Positions 20,173-32,000 of a stretch of DNA of 32,000 nucleotides are shown piece by piece. This DNA is from Candidatus Saccharimonadota bacterium (GTDB lineage Bacteria; Patescibacteriota; Saccharimonadia; Saccharimonadales; UBA4665): assembly GCA_016699935.1 (NCBI GenBank), contig CP064992.1, positions 1,110,001-1,142,000 of the forward strand. The letters run 5' to 3'. Position numbers and translations under genes: made by a program. Within the stretch, counting starts at the first letter, position 1. Each line of letters begins with the position of its first letter. The notes beneath the pieces are model-generated. The model did no database searches and had not been told where the DNA came from. It saw only the letters and a list, made by a program, of their open reading frames with translations.

Positions 20173-20468
20173 GCTGCCTTCTTTACCTATTCACCTGCTT
20201 ACATATGAACATAGTATGGCCTAACTTTGTTTGGGGCGGAGGACGCGGCGAAGACGATTGGTCAGCTTGTTGCGGCGCGTTACGGTAGTTGTATGTATTA
20301 TGCCGTATGGGCGCCGTTCTGCAATGGCGGTTGATTCGTTGAGGTGGTGGTAAAACACTTCCTTTTCTTTTTCTTTTTCTTTTTCTGCCTCACGGCGAGC
20401 GACTTGTTGCAGGCGGCGCTTTTGACGGCGCGATAGTTTCTTTTTAGCAGGTTTTTCTTGTTTGGGCT

Positions 20469-21791
20469 TTACGACTTCTTTTTTGCTACTGGCTCTTCTT
20501 TTGCTGGGCTTGAGGTTGATGTGACAGGCGCAGCTTCTGTTGGTGCGGTTGTGACGCTTTCAGAGGCAGGTGGCTCGACCGTAGCTGACTGAGTTGTAGC
20601 TGGTGGTGCCACTTTGCGGACGGGCACTTTCGGGACGGGCACGTGGCTGGGTACGGCGGGTGTGTCGATTATGCTTTCCGGTTGAGCTAGCGGTTCGGCG
20701 CTACTAAAACTCATTGCCGCTTCTGGCGGCGTTTCTTCCCAATCTTCGCTCAGTTTTTTAGATACATTCCGGGCTATCACAGCTAATCTTTGGCTTAAAC
20801 CTAACGCTCGGCGCGGGCTTTTCGTTTTTGCCTTACGTTTAGCCACCTTTTTCTCTTGCCGGTCTTGTTGGCTGATGGCTTTGGCAGCACGCCTTGCTGC
20901 TGCACGGTCTTTTTTATCTGCCAGTTTGGCGGCTCGTTTTTCGGCTTTTATTTCTGCTTTTTGAGCCTTTTTCTCGGCTTTTGCCTTAACTTTGGCAACT
21001 TGGCGCTTCTTTTTGGCAGCCTTACGCCGCTCTTTTGCTTCGCGGGCAGCGGTTTCGGCGGCCTCCCTTTCCTGCTGGACGGTTAGTAGCGCTGCTTGCT
21101 TGGCTTGGAGGGCTGCAGCTTGCTGTGCTTGCATTTCGACGGCACTGATCATCCTGGTGCTATCGAGACTTAGCGTTGCCATAGCTGGTTCGGTGCCACG
21201 CAAGGCTTTGCCACCGAGCTTGCTTTCTTTGAAATCAAAGGCAAAAAACAGCCCGATGACAGCCAAGATAAATCCAGCCATGGTAGCGAGAGCAAACTGG
21301 GTACTGCGGTGGACATTATACGGCTGTATCGGTAAGCTGGCGCTATCGACAACCTGAACATTATCTTTTTTGTACAGTGCTTGCACTTGCTTTTTAAATG
21401 ACCGTACAGCGCTATTGGCGCTAGCCTGACTTTTTCGCGCGTCTGGGTTAGTTATGGACACTTTAATGACTTGAGTGCCTTTGTCGTTGGTCGTACCGAC
21501 ACTACCGACAAATTGGTTGTAGCTGACGGCTAGTTTTTGCTCTTGTATGACCGGTTCGAGCACGCGACGTGATTTAAATAGCTCTATGTAGTCATTGAGC
21601 GTCGTGTCCTGGCTACCAGCACTTTGATTTGTGTTGACTATTAACAGTGTTGCGTTGCTTTTATACTGAGGCGTTTGCAGAAAGAAAGTATAGATTACAC
21701 CCAGCAATAAGCCAGCAGCGGTACAGATAGCTATCACCCGCCAGTGCTTTAGGTAATAACGGACCAGATCATACAGATTTATTTCTTCCAA
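20469..21791 (-). CDS. Wzz/CapA-type chain-length-determinant protein with a long charged, low-complexity C-terminal tail (may extend to 20221)
   Basis: TTG start at 21791 with GGGAG upstream. The N-terminal 190 aa have the Wzz topology (TM VIAICTAAGLLLGVIYTFFL, an extracytoplasmic segment of about 130 aa, TM FALATMAGFILAVIGLFFAF). A Lys/Ala/Glu/Arg-rich then Pro/Thr/Ser-rich region of about 250 aa follows. One more A in the A6 run (20479-20484) would add 83 codons. Confidence 0.75.
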   Translation of the reverse strand: MEEINLYDLVRYYLKHWRVIAICTAAGLLLGVIYTFFLQTPQYKSNATLLIVNTNQSAGSQDTTLNDYIELFKSRRVLEPVIQEQKLAVSYNQFVGSVGTTNDKGTQVIKVSITNPDARKSQASANSAVRSFKKQVQALYKKDNVQVVDSASLPIQPYNVHRSTQFALATMAGFILAVIGLFFAFDFKESKLGGKALRGTEPAMATLSLDSTRMISAVEMQAQQAAALQAKQAALLTVQQEREAAETAAREAKERRKAAKKKRQVAKVKAKAEKKAQKAEIKAEKRAAKLADKKDRAAARRAAKAISQQDRQEKKVAKRKAKTKSPRRALGLSQRLAVIARNVSKKLSEDWEETPPEAAMSFSSAEPLAQPESIIDTPAVPSHVPVPKVPVRKVAPPATTQSATVEPPASESVTTAPTEAAPVTSTSSPAKEEPVAKKKS

Positions 21792-21822
21792 TTGAGCACT
21801 CCCGGTTGTTTTTCTTATCTTG

Positions 21823-21851
21823 ATTTTAACACACTATGGACATATAGTAAA
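21823..21851 (-). promoter_or_regulatory. candidate sigma70-type promoter of the polysaccharide operon
   Basis: The minus strand reads TTTACT (21851-21846), 17 nt, TAAAAT (21828-21823), with TG one base upstream of the -10. It lies about 30 nt upstream of the wzz-like start. Confidence 0.45.
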
Positions 21852-22025
21852 CTTTCGTTATTGAGATGTTCTCCTTCTATGCTTGTGCTCGGCAAACAAA
21901 AACACCCCACTACAAAAGCAGGATGTTTTTTCACCTGGGATTAGCTTTTCCCCAGATGAGGTTTCACCTGGAGTAGTCCTATGAGCGCAGCGAACCGGTG
22001 CGTAGCGCCGGCTTTAGGGGGTGGA

Positions 22026-22076
22026 GATCACCTTTCGGATTCAGTCCGAAAGGTGATCGGAGGGGCAAGCCCCTCC
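22026..22076 (-). terminator. two adjacent perfect stem-loops immediately downstream of rpoC
   Basis: GGAGGGGC-AA-GCCCCTCC (22059-22076) and GATCACCTTTCGGA-TTCAG-TCCGAAAGGTGATC (22026-22058). Neither is followed by a canonical U-tract, so terminator function is inferred from position only. Confidence 0.4.
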
Positions 22077-22087
22077 TAACTATCCCC

Positions 22088-25000
22088 CTACCCTTCGGCG
22101 CGGAAGGTTTGGTCGTTGTGGTATTCTTCGACCACATCGTCACCTTCGTCTAGCGCATTGCTAGCACCGTAGCCGGTACCAACTGGGATCTTGCGACCCA
22201 AGATGACGTTTTCTTTCAGACCAAAGAGCTTGTCGACACGTCCGCTGGTGGCGGCGCCGATCAGGACGCGCGTGGTGTCCTGGAAGCTGGCGGCACTCAG
22301 GAACGAATCGGTGCTCAGTGAAGCCTTGGTTATGCCCAGCAAGAGCTGGTTGACCTTAGCCGGCTGTTTACCAGCAGCCACTAGTGTCTCATTGGCTTCA
22401 GCCACGGCTAACTTGCTCACAACGTCACCAGTGACGAATTCGCTGTCAAAGGCATCTTCTATCTGAACACGGCTGAACATCTGCCGAACGATGATTTCAA
22501 GGTGCTTATCTGAGATGTTTTGACCTTGCCCGGCAAAAATACCGAGGATTTCGTTCATGATGTAGCGCTGCGTCGATTCAACACCCTGGAGGCGCATGAG
22601 GTCGTGCAGGTTGATAGAACCGTTGGTTAAACGCTGGCCGGCAATAACGACATCACCGTCCTGCACAAGCAGCTGCTTGAAGCCTGGGATTTCGTAGCGG
22701 ACGACGCTCTTGCTGGACGGCGTAACGATGACTGACTTGTCAGTCAGTTCGGCCTTGCCTGCCATGGGCGAAACAAGTGGCTCGGCACCGTCTTCTCGGC
22801 TAGCAAGAACATCGCCGATTGCGACATCGCTGCCACCGGCAATCTTCGGCGTACGACCATCAAGTTCGAGTTCTAGCTTTTCACGATCACTCGCGGTGAC
22901 CTGCACAATGTAGCGCTCACCCTCTTCCCACGCATTCACGACACCATTGATATCGGCCAAATATGCCTGCCCTTTTGGTGAACGAGCTTCAAAAAGCTCT
23001 TCGACACGACTCAACCCTTGCGCAGTATCATCAGCGACAACTGCACCAGAACGGTGCTTACTGTCGAGCGACAACTGCGTGCCTGGTTCGCCGATACTCT
23101 GGGCGGCTATCACGCCGATAGGATTGTGACTTGTGACAAGATGACCAGTCGCGGGATCGACACCGTAGCTCTTTTGCGGTACACCGCGTACCGATGTGGC
23201 GCTTAACGCACTACGGATTTTGATTCCGTCGAGTTTGTCGTCGGCATCAACAGCTTCGGCGATGGCTTTGGTAAAGAGTTCGCTTTCTTTTATGTAGCCC
23301 TTGACGTCTTCGGCAGCGAAGCGACCTTCTAGCCGCGAGACGCGTAACTTACGCCTATGGCTGCGGCGTCGGAACGAAGCAGTGCAAAGCCTGGATCGGT
23401 TGCATCATCGGCATCATCATCTATGGTAAAGACATCTTGTGAAACATCTACCAAACGACGCGTCAGATAGCCAGCATCGGCCGTTTTGAGCGCAATGTCA
23501 ATGACGGCTTTTCGAGTTCCGCGCGTACCGGTGAAGTATTCGAGCGGTGTTAGGCCTTGCATGTAACCGGCCTTCACAGGAAGCTCGATGACATTGCCGG
23601 CAGCATCTTGGAAGACTCCAAGCATACCCACTGACATCTTCATCTGCGAAACGTTACCGCGTGCTCCAGAAGTAATGGCAATAGCCATTGAACCATCTTG
23701 ATCCTTCATCTGTTCTGACAGCATATTCTGAACTCGGGTGTCAATCTTGGTCCAGTTTTCGACCGTCAAACGGTGGCGCTCATCGTCAGTGATGAAGCCT
23801 TGTTCGAACTGATCTGCTATGCCAGCGCTCCTTGTCTCACCCTCTTTCAGAACGCCTTCAAGACCCTTGATAGGCTCAAAATCACCCATACCCATGCTCA
23901 GACCAGACAGTGTCGCATAGCGGAATCCGAGGTCTTTGAGGTTATCAGCAATTTCGGCTGTTTTTTCCTGGCCGTACTGCTGGTACACGGCAGCCATAAC
24001 CTTTTGCAAACGCTTTTTGGTCATCGCTTCATCTTGGAAGACAAAATCATCAGGGAAAATTTCATTGAAGTACAGGCGACCTAGAGTTGTCACGCGCATC
24101 TCACCGCGGAACGACACTAGTAAGCGGCTCTGTAGCTTTATGACCCCGGCGTCAAACGCCATGGACGCTTCATTGAGGCTGGAGTATGCACGTGGAGCCT
24201 CTCTTTGCCTGGGCGTTCATAGGTCAAGTAATAGCAGCCGAGGACAATATCTTGTTCAATGTGCAAGATGGGTGAACCATCCGCTGGTTTCAGAAGGTTT
24301 CGGTTTGCCGACATAATATCGCGAGCTTCCGCCTGAGCAGCATCGGACAATGGCAGATGTACCGCCATTTGGTCACCGTCAAAGTCGGCGTTAAAGCCCT
24401 TACAAACAAGTGGATGCAGCTGGATAGCGCGACCCTCGATGAGGACCGGCTGAAATGCCTGAATACTGAGGCGGTGGAGCGATGGTGCGCGGTTCAGCAA
24501 GACGTATTTACCAGTAATGACTTCATCAAGAGCATCCCACACTTCTGTCTCACCGGTTTCAATCATGCGAGTGGCGCTACGGATGTTGTGGGCTTGCTCA
24601 CGGAAAATCAGCTCACCAATCACAAATGGCTTGAAAAGTTCCAGCGCCATCATTTTTGGCAAACCGCACTGGTTTATCTTGAGCTCTGGACCAGACACAA
24701 TGACAGAACGACCAGAGTAATCGACGCGCTTGCCGAGCAAGTTTTGGCGGAAACGACCTTGTTTGCCCTTGAGCATGTCGCTCAACGATTTTAGGCGGCG
24801 TCTTTGACCGGTTGCGGCAACGGCACGACCACTGCGGGCGTTATTGTTGTCTATAAGAGCATCGACGGCTTCCTGGAGCATTCTCTGCTCATTGCGACGT
24901 ATGACCTCTGGAGCGTTTAACTCCATTAACTTTTTCAGGCGATTGTTTCGGTTGATGACGCGGCGATACAAGTCGTTGAGATCGCTCGTCGCAAAACGGC

Positions 25001-25940
25001 CACCAGTTAGCTGCACCATCGGACGTAGATCTGGAGGAATAACCGGAAGAATCGATAGGCAGGTGCTTTCCGGCTTGATACCAGCGCGCTCCATACTTTC
25101 GAGCAAACGCAAACGCTTCATCAGTTTCTTTTTGCGCTGCCCCTTAGCTTCTTCAGCCTCACCAGTTAGGTCAGCGATCAGCGTGACAAGATCGATGTCT
25201 TCCAGCAATTCGCGAAGCGCCGCGCCACCCATGCCGACCGTAATCATATCGCGCAGTTCACGTGGCAGTGCACGGTAGTCGCCTTCGTTCATAAGGCTCA
25301 GCTTCACCAGACTGTCGATCTGGTTGCGCAAGACATCCCAATCTTTGTCGAGCTGCTCAAGTTCTTTCGTCTGCGCCTCGGCGAGTGCCTTGACGTCCGC
25401 GCCTTCAGCTTCGGCTTCCTTTTGATAGCGAAGTTTAATTGCCTCTTGTCCTGCTTTCCACTGGGCTTCCTGGTCGACACGGTGTTGGTCACGAGCCGCG
25501 ATATTGACGCTCTTCACGATATACGCAGCGAAGTATGCCACGCGTTCAAGGCTCTTGACCGTCATACCAAGCAGTAATCCCATAGCGCTTGGTGTTCCAC
25601 GAAGGAACCAAATGTGCGCAACGGGCACAGCCAGGTTTATGTGACCCATGCGTTCGCGGCGCACGATGCTCCGCGTGACAAGTTCCCCGTTCTTGTCGAC
25701 GGCCGCTTCGCGTGAGCGCACGCCCTTGTACTTGGCGTCATGCGGATTAATGTCCTTAACAGGACCAAAAATGCGCTCACAGAAAAGCCCATCGCGTTCT
25801 GGTTTTTGCGTACGGTAGTTTATGGTCTCTGGCTTGAGTACTTCACCGTAACTCCAGTCTTCGATATCTTTGCTGCTGGCAACAGCAAGACGCACTGCGT
25901 CAAAATCTGCAATATTTGTGCCGTATGAATAGCGTCGCAT
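22088..25940 (-). CDS. rpoC: DNA-directed RNA polymerase subunit beta-prime (two single-base frame breaks as sequenced)
   Basis: Three collinear ORFs (24138-25940, 23329-24162, 22088-23113) plus the bridging frame 23114-23335 give a protein of about 1284 aa. It contains [55 protein letters not shown] (catalytic NADFDGD) and [12 protein letters not shown]. The breaks lie near 24199-24206 and near 23333. Confidence 0.97.
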
Positions 25941-26073
25941 TAGGCGCTCCTTTCAGTCTTGGGTAGCAGGTAGCTGGTAGTAACTAGCAAAGATGTCTCA
26001 TGTGACATGTTACATGTACCCTGCAAATTCTTTGTGAATGGTAAATTGTGATTTGTGAATTGGAGCATCGCGA

Positions 26074-29495
<3,422 letters not shown>

Positions 29496-29825
29496 ACGCG
29501 TACGTGCTCCTTCGGAGTAGTCGTTAGTAGTTCGTAGTTAGTCTTTAGGGGTGCTAACTCCGAGCATTAGTAATAAGAATGCGACGTCACTTCGCAGATA
29601 ATTATAACGTTTTCATTGGTGATTGCCGCCAGCAGCCCTACCTGCCAACTCCTACCGACCAACTACTGTTTTAGTGAAGCTACCTAAGTGGGAGATTTTG
29701 GTGCTTGACTGCTTTGGCGCCACAGCAGCACGAGCCCAACTTACACTACTTCTTACATACTAGAGTACAGAGAAATGAGACTTGAGTCAAGAGTTTCAGT
29801 GATAATACTCACAAATCTGTCGTTA

Positions 29826-30587
29826 TTAATAATCCGAAATCTTTTCTGTACCTATTTGCATATTACTGATAAGCAATTTAAAGACAAATCTATGCTGCCA
29901 TACGGATTTTTCAGCTTCAGTTAGATCATTAAGTCGTTTCTGCGCATACCACATTCTGATGAATCCATTAGGATGATGTTTTGCTCCCGCAGCATCTACC
30001 AAGGTATCCTCTAGACCTACCATCTTCCAAATCGCTGCGGAAGACAGCAATTTTGCATCATCAGCTTCCCGTAGAGACCGGACGTCAACACGGGTATCCG
30101 GACTATATCGTTCCGACTCTGTTTGTCTTCCGATGATGCCTCTGGATCTCGCGTGCAACAAGCCTCCTACGAGATTTAATCCGACTTCTTGCTCAATGGT
30201 GCAGGTACAAGGTGGTTCAGTAGCTCTGTTTACCCTTGAAAATCTATTAAAAATATCACTACCACCCACAACCATTGTTGCAATAACTGGACGACGAGCT
30301 CTTTGTGTAAATAGTGCTCGGCTCCCAATATTGCGTTCGGAAATAAGCATACACCCAACTACATCAGAGTCCTTAGGACTTATCTGAGCATTCACCGTAC
30401 GCTCCAGGCTGGCCACAATCGCACGACTAGTGGGGAACAATTTTGTTCTTTGTGCAATATCAGCAGCGCCTAGCTGCCCCAAAGCCTCAAGTCCAGTCTC
30501 AGCAGGCTGCCAACTAATCCGCAAATCGTAATATGCAGTATCGGTACTGGCATATTCCGCTAAAGTACGATCGAGAGGTCTTCGCAT
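29826..30587 (-). CDS. hypothetical protein (253-258 aa), unknown function
   Basis: Intact ORF 29826-30602. Preferred start is ATG 30587, preceded by TATAAT (30599-30594) and 6 nt. It has no TM segment and no motif I recognise. It lies 25-40 nt downstream of clpP on the same strand. Confidence 0.6.
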   Translation of the reverse strand: MRRPLDRTLAEYASTDTAYYDLRISWQPAETGLEALGQLGAADIAQRTKLFPTSRAIVASLERTVNAQISPKDSDVVGCMLISERNIGSRALFTQRARRPVIATMVVGGSDIFNRFSRVNRATEPPCTCTIEQEVGLNLVGGLLHARSRGIIGRQTESERYSPDTRVDVRSLREADDAKLLSSAAIWKMVGLEDTLVDAAGAKHHPNGFIRMWYAQKRLNDLTEAEKSVWQHRFVFKLLISNMQIGTEKISDY

Positions 30588-30627
30588 ATTGTTATTATAC
30601 AATGTTTTTGAACAATAATCTATAGTA

Positions 30628-31227
30628 CTATTTGAGTGTTGTTTTCGTATTAACCAGCACTTTGTCGACGAGGCCGTAGGTGGCGGCTTCGGGGGCGGTC
30701 ATCCAGCGGTCGCGTTCCATGTCTTCGTGGATTTTATCTGATTTCTGACCGGTGTTTTTAGCCATGATTTCTTCTAGCAGTTTCTTGACGCGGAGTGATT
30801 CACGGAGGTCGATTTCTTGGTCGGTCACTTTGCCACGCGTGCCAGATGACGGTTGGTGGATCATCACCGTTGCATTGGGCAACAGAAAACGCTTGCCCTT
30901 CGTGCCACTGCTTAGGAGAAATGCGGCGGCCGAAGCCTGAACGCCAATACCAAAAGTCTGCACATCATTGGCGATGTACTGCATGGTGTCGTAAATAGCG
31001 AGCGCATCATAGACACTACCCCCTGGACTATTTATGTAGAGAAAAATGTCCTTCTTAGCGTCTTCGGCTTGCAAAAAAAGCAGCTGCGCGACAATGAGAT
31101 TTGCCGTCGTTTCGTTTATTTCGCTGCCGATGAAGATAATTCGGTCTTTGAGCAAGCGACTATAAATATCATAAGCTCGCTCGTAGCGGCCCTCGTTTTC
31201 AATAACAGTAGGAACTAAGACACTCAT
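30628..31227 (-). CDS. clpP: ATP-dependent Clp protease proteolytic subunit
   Basis: 199-aa ORF with [40 protein letters not shown] (catalytic Ser region), MIHQPS (His) and [17 protein letters not shown] (Asp). GAGGTGA lies upstream of the ATG. Confidence 0.95.
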   Translation of the reverse strand: MSVLVPTVIENEGRYERAYDIYSRLLKDRIIFIGSEINETTANLIVAQLLFLQAEDAKKDIFLYINSPGGSVYDALAIYDTMQYIANDVQTFGIGVQASAAAFLLSSGTKGKRFLLPNATVMIHQPSSGTRGKVTDQEIDLRESLRVKKLLEEIMAKNTGQKSDKIHEDMERDRWMTAPEAATYGLVDKVLVNTKTTLK

Positions 31228-31291
31228 ATTTCACCTCATTTCACCTTGCGACCCCTAAATGATTTCACCTGGGATTAATCGCTACCTGCTC

Positions 31292-31321
31292 AGTATACGC
31301 CAGTTAGCACTCTCAAGTCAA
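31292..31321 (-). promoter_or_regulatory. candidate sigma70-type clpP promoter
   Basis: The minus strand reads TTGACT (31321-31316), 18 nt, TATACT (31297-31292). The -35 and spacer lie inside the CIRCE element. This predicts a leader of about 58 nt. Confidence 0.55.
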
Positions 31322-31330
31322 GAGTGCCAA
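31304..31330. promoter_or_regulatory. CIRCE inverted repeat (HrcA operator)
   Basis: TTAGCACTC-tcaagtcaa-GAGTGCCAA against the consensus TTAGCACTC-N9-GAGTGCTAA: 17 of 18 arm positions match, with exact 9-nt spacing. Confidence 0.8.
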
Positions 31331-31374
31331 TGTGCTGTCTTGCGAACTTCTTGGCATATGATACGCTTAATACT

Positions 31375-32000
31375 ATGCAACGATTAGTCGGCTATCATCT
31401 GAAAGTCCATCATAAGCCGCGACTCTATGGTTTTATTACCATTGTCATTGCCGTGATTATACTGGCAGGGTATGGGAGCACTCGCTACTACCAGTCACGG
31501 CTTACGAATGATTCCCCGACCATACCTGCTGCGTCAAAGAAACTTGCAGTTTCTGAAGATAGTGTCAAAGAAACAGCTTTACCTGCTTCAGAAGTTCCCG
31601 AATCAATACCCTCCCCGTCATCAACAACCGCAAGAAATCCTCAAACTACCCCACGGCCAGCAAGTTCAGCACCTATTCGCACTCCCGATACCATCCTGGC
31701 TAGCGGCATAAGCTATGCAACTCTCAATCATTCTCAATATTGTGATGGTACCGGAACCGGCACAGTCGAGTATATTACCTCAGTGTCGTTTGGCCTAAAC
31801 GGCATGGCGGCACAATCAACTGAATTAACATATATCATCGAAACCCAAAACGGTACTCACAACGAAATTTCATACCCATTGAAGGTGACCGTCCCTTCGG
31901 GAAGCTACGGTGCGACCGCTACCTCGAGTATGCCCGGGCCAAATGCTCTGTTAGTATTCACATTTTACGAATTTGACAAGCCCGGCGCGATACGGGTTCG
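31375..32000 (+). CDS. hypothetical membrane-anchored protein, N-terminal part (runs off the right edge)
   Basis: An open frame from ATG 31375 to the window end has no stop, so it is absent from the ORF track. It begins MQRLVGYHLKVHHKPRLYGFITIVIAVIILAGYG (TM), followed by a Pro/Ser/Thr-rich linker and then a domain with CDGTGTGTVEY. Confidence 0.55.
   Translation, partial: MQRLVGYHLKVHHKPRLYGFITIVIAVIILAGYGSTRYYQSRLTNDSPTIPAASKKLAVSEDSVKETALPASEVPESIPSPSSTTARNPQTTPRPASSAPIRTPDTILASGISYATLNHSQYCDGTGTGTVEYITSVSFGLNGMAAQSTELTYIIETQNGTHNEISYPLKVTVPSGSYGATATSSMPGPNALLVFTFYEFDKPGAIRV

Noticed and set aside
20362-20385. (CTTTTT)n hexanucleotide repeat as a phase-variation switch
   Set aside because: A period of 6 keeps the reading frame, so copy-number change would only vary an EK tract length and would not switch expression. 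Only the embedded T5 runs could shift frame, and that cannot be distinguished from sequencing error here.
29779-29799. 10-mer AGTCAAGAGT shared with 31314-31323, flanking the clpP plus unknown-gene unit, considered as terminal repeats of a mobile element
   Set aside because: Similarity does not extend beyond 10 nt. The right-hand copy is fully explained as the spacer and right arm of the CIRCE element.

Overview
Bacterial chromosomal window with almost all genes on the minus strand. From a few sampled lines I estimate the flanks at about 50% G+C. Core genes sit at both ends. On the left are the N-terminal part of rpsG (1-176) and rpsL (343-756). On the right are rpoC (22088-25940), rpoB (26074-29495), an unknown 258-aa gene, and clpP (30628-31227). 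A near-perfect CIRCE/HrcA operator overlaps the predicted clpP promoter. Between rpoC and rpsL lies a cell-envelope polysaccharide locus of about 21 kb. Its minus-strand genes are: a Wzz-like protein with a long charged tail, a CapD/WbpM-like dehydratase, a PglC/WbaP-type sugar transferase, a Cap5N-like epimerase, WbuB-like and GT1 glycosyltransferases, a deletion-fused fnlA/fnlC remnant, an EpsG-type polymerase, a Wzx-type flippase, LicD, TagD and a VanZ-LCP fusion. A divergent plus-strand block holds a membrane protein, a nucleotide-sugar dehydrogenase and galE. The 9.0-17.6 kb core is much more AT-rich, roughly one third G+C by eye. A 1.5-kb cassette encoding an AAA_14/DUF4143 ATPase sits at the 5' end of the VanZ-LCP gene and is bounded by 48-bp direct repeats. 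An ORF-free 1-kb field of perfect hairpins and structured repeats lies at 4658-5659. Key caveat: many genes, including essential rpoB and rpoC, are interrupted by single-base frame changes in short homopolymers. The sequence therefore very probably carries indel errors, and every pseudogene call needs read-level confirmation. Three things argue that part of the decay is real: the fnl deletion, motif-destroying substitutions, and the very uneven distribution of breaks. I recognised no rRNA, tRNA, CRISPR array, transposase or integrase. The lineage cannot be fixed from this window. The Gram-positive-type envelope genes (LCP, TagD, LicD, CapD) and the repeat style would fit a Patescibacteria/Saccharibacteria-like or Firmicutes-like organism.
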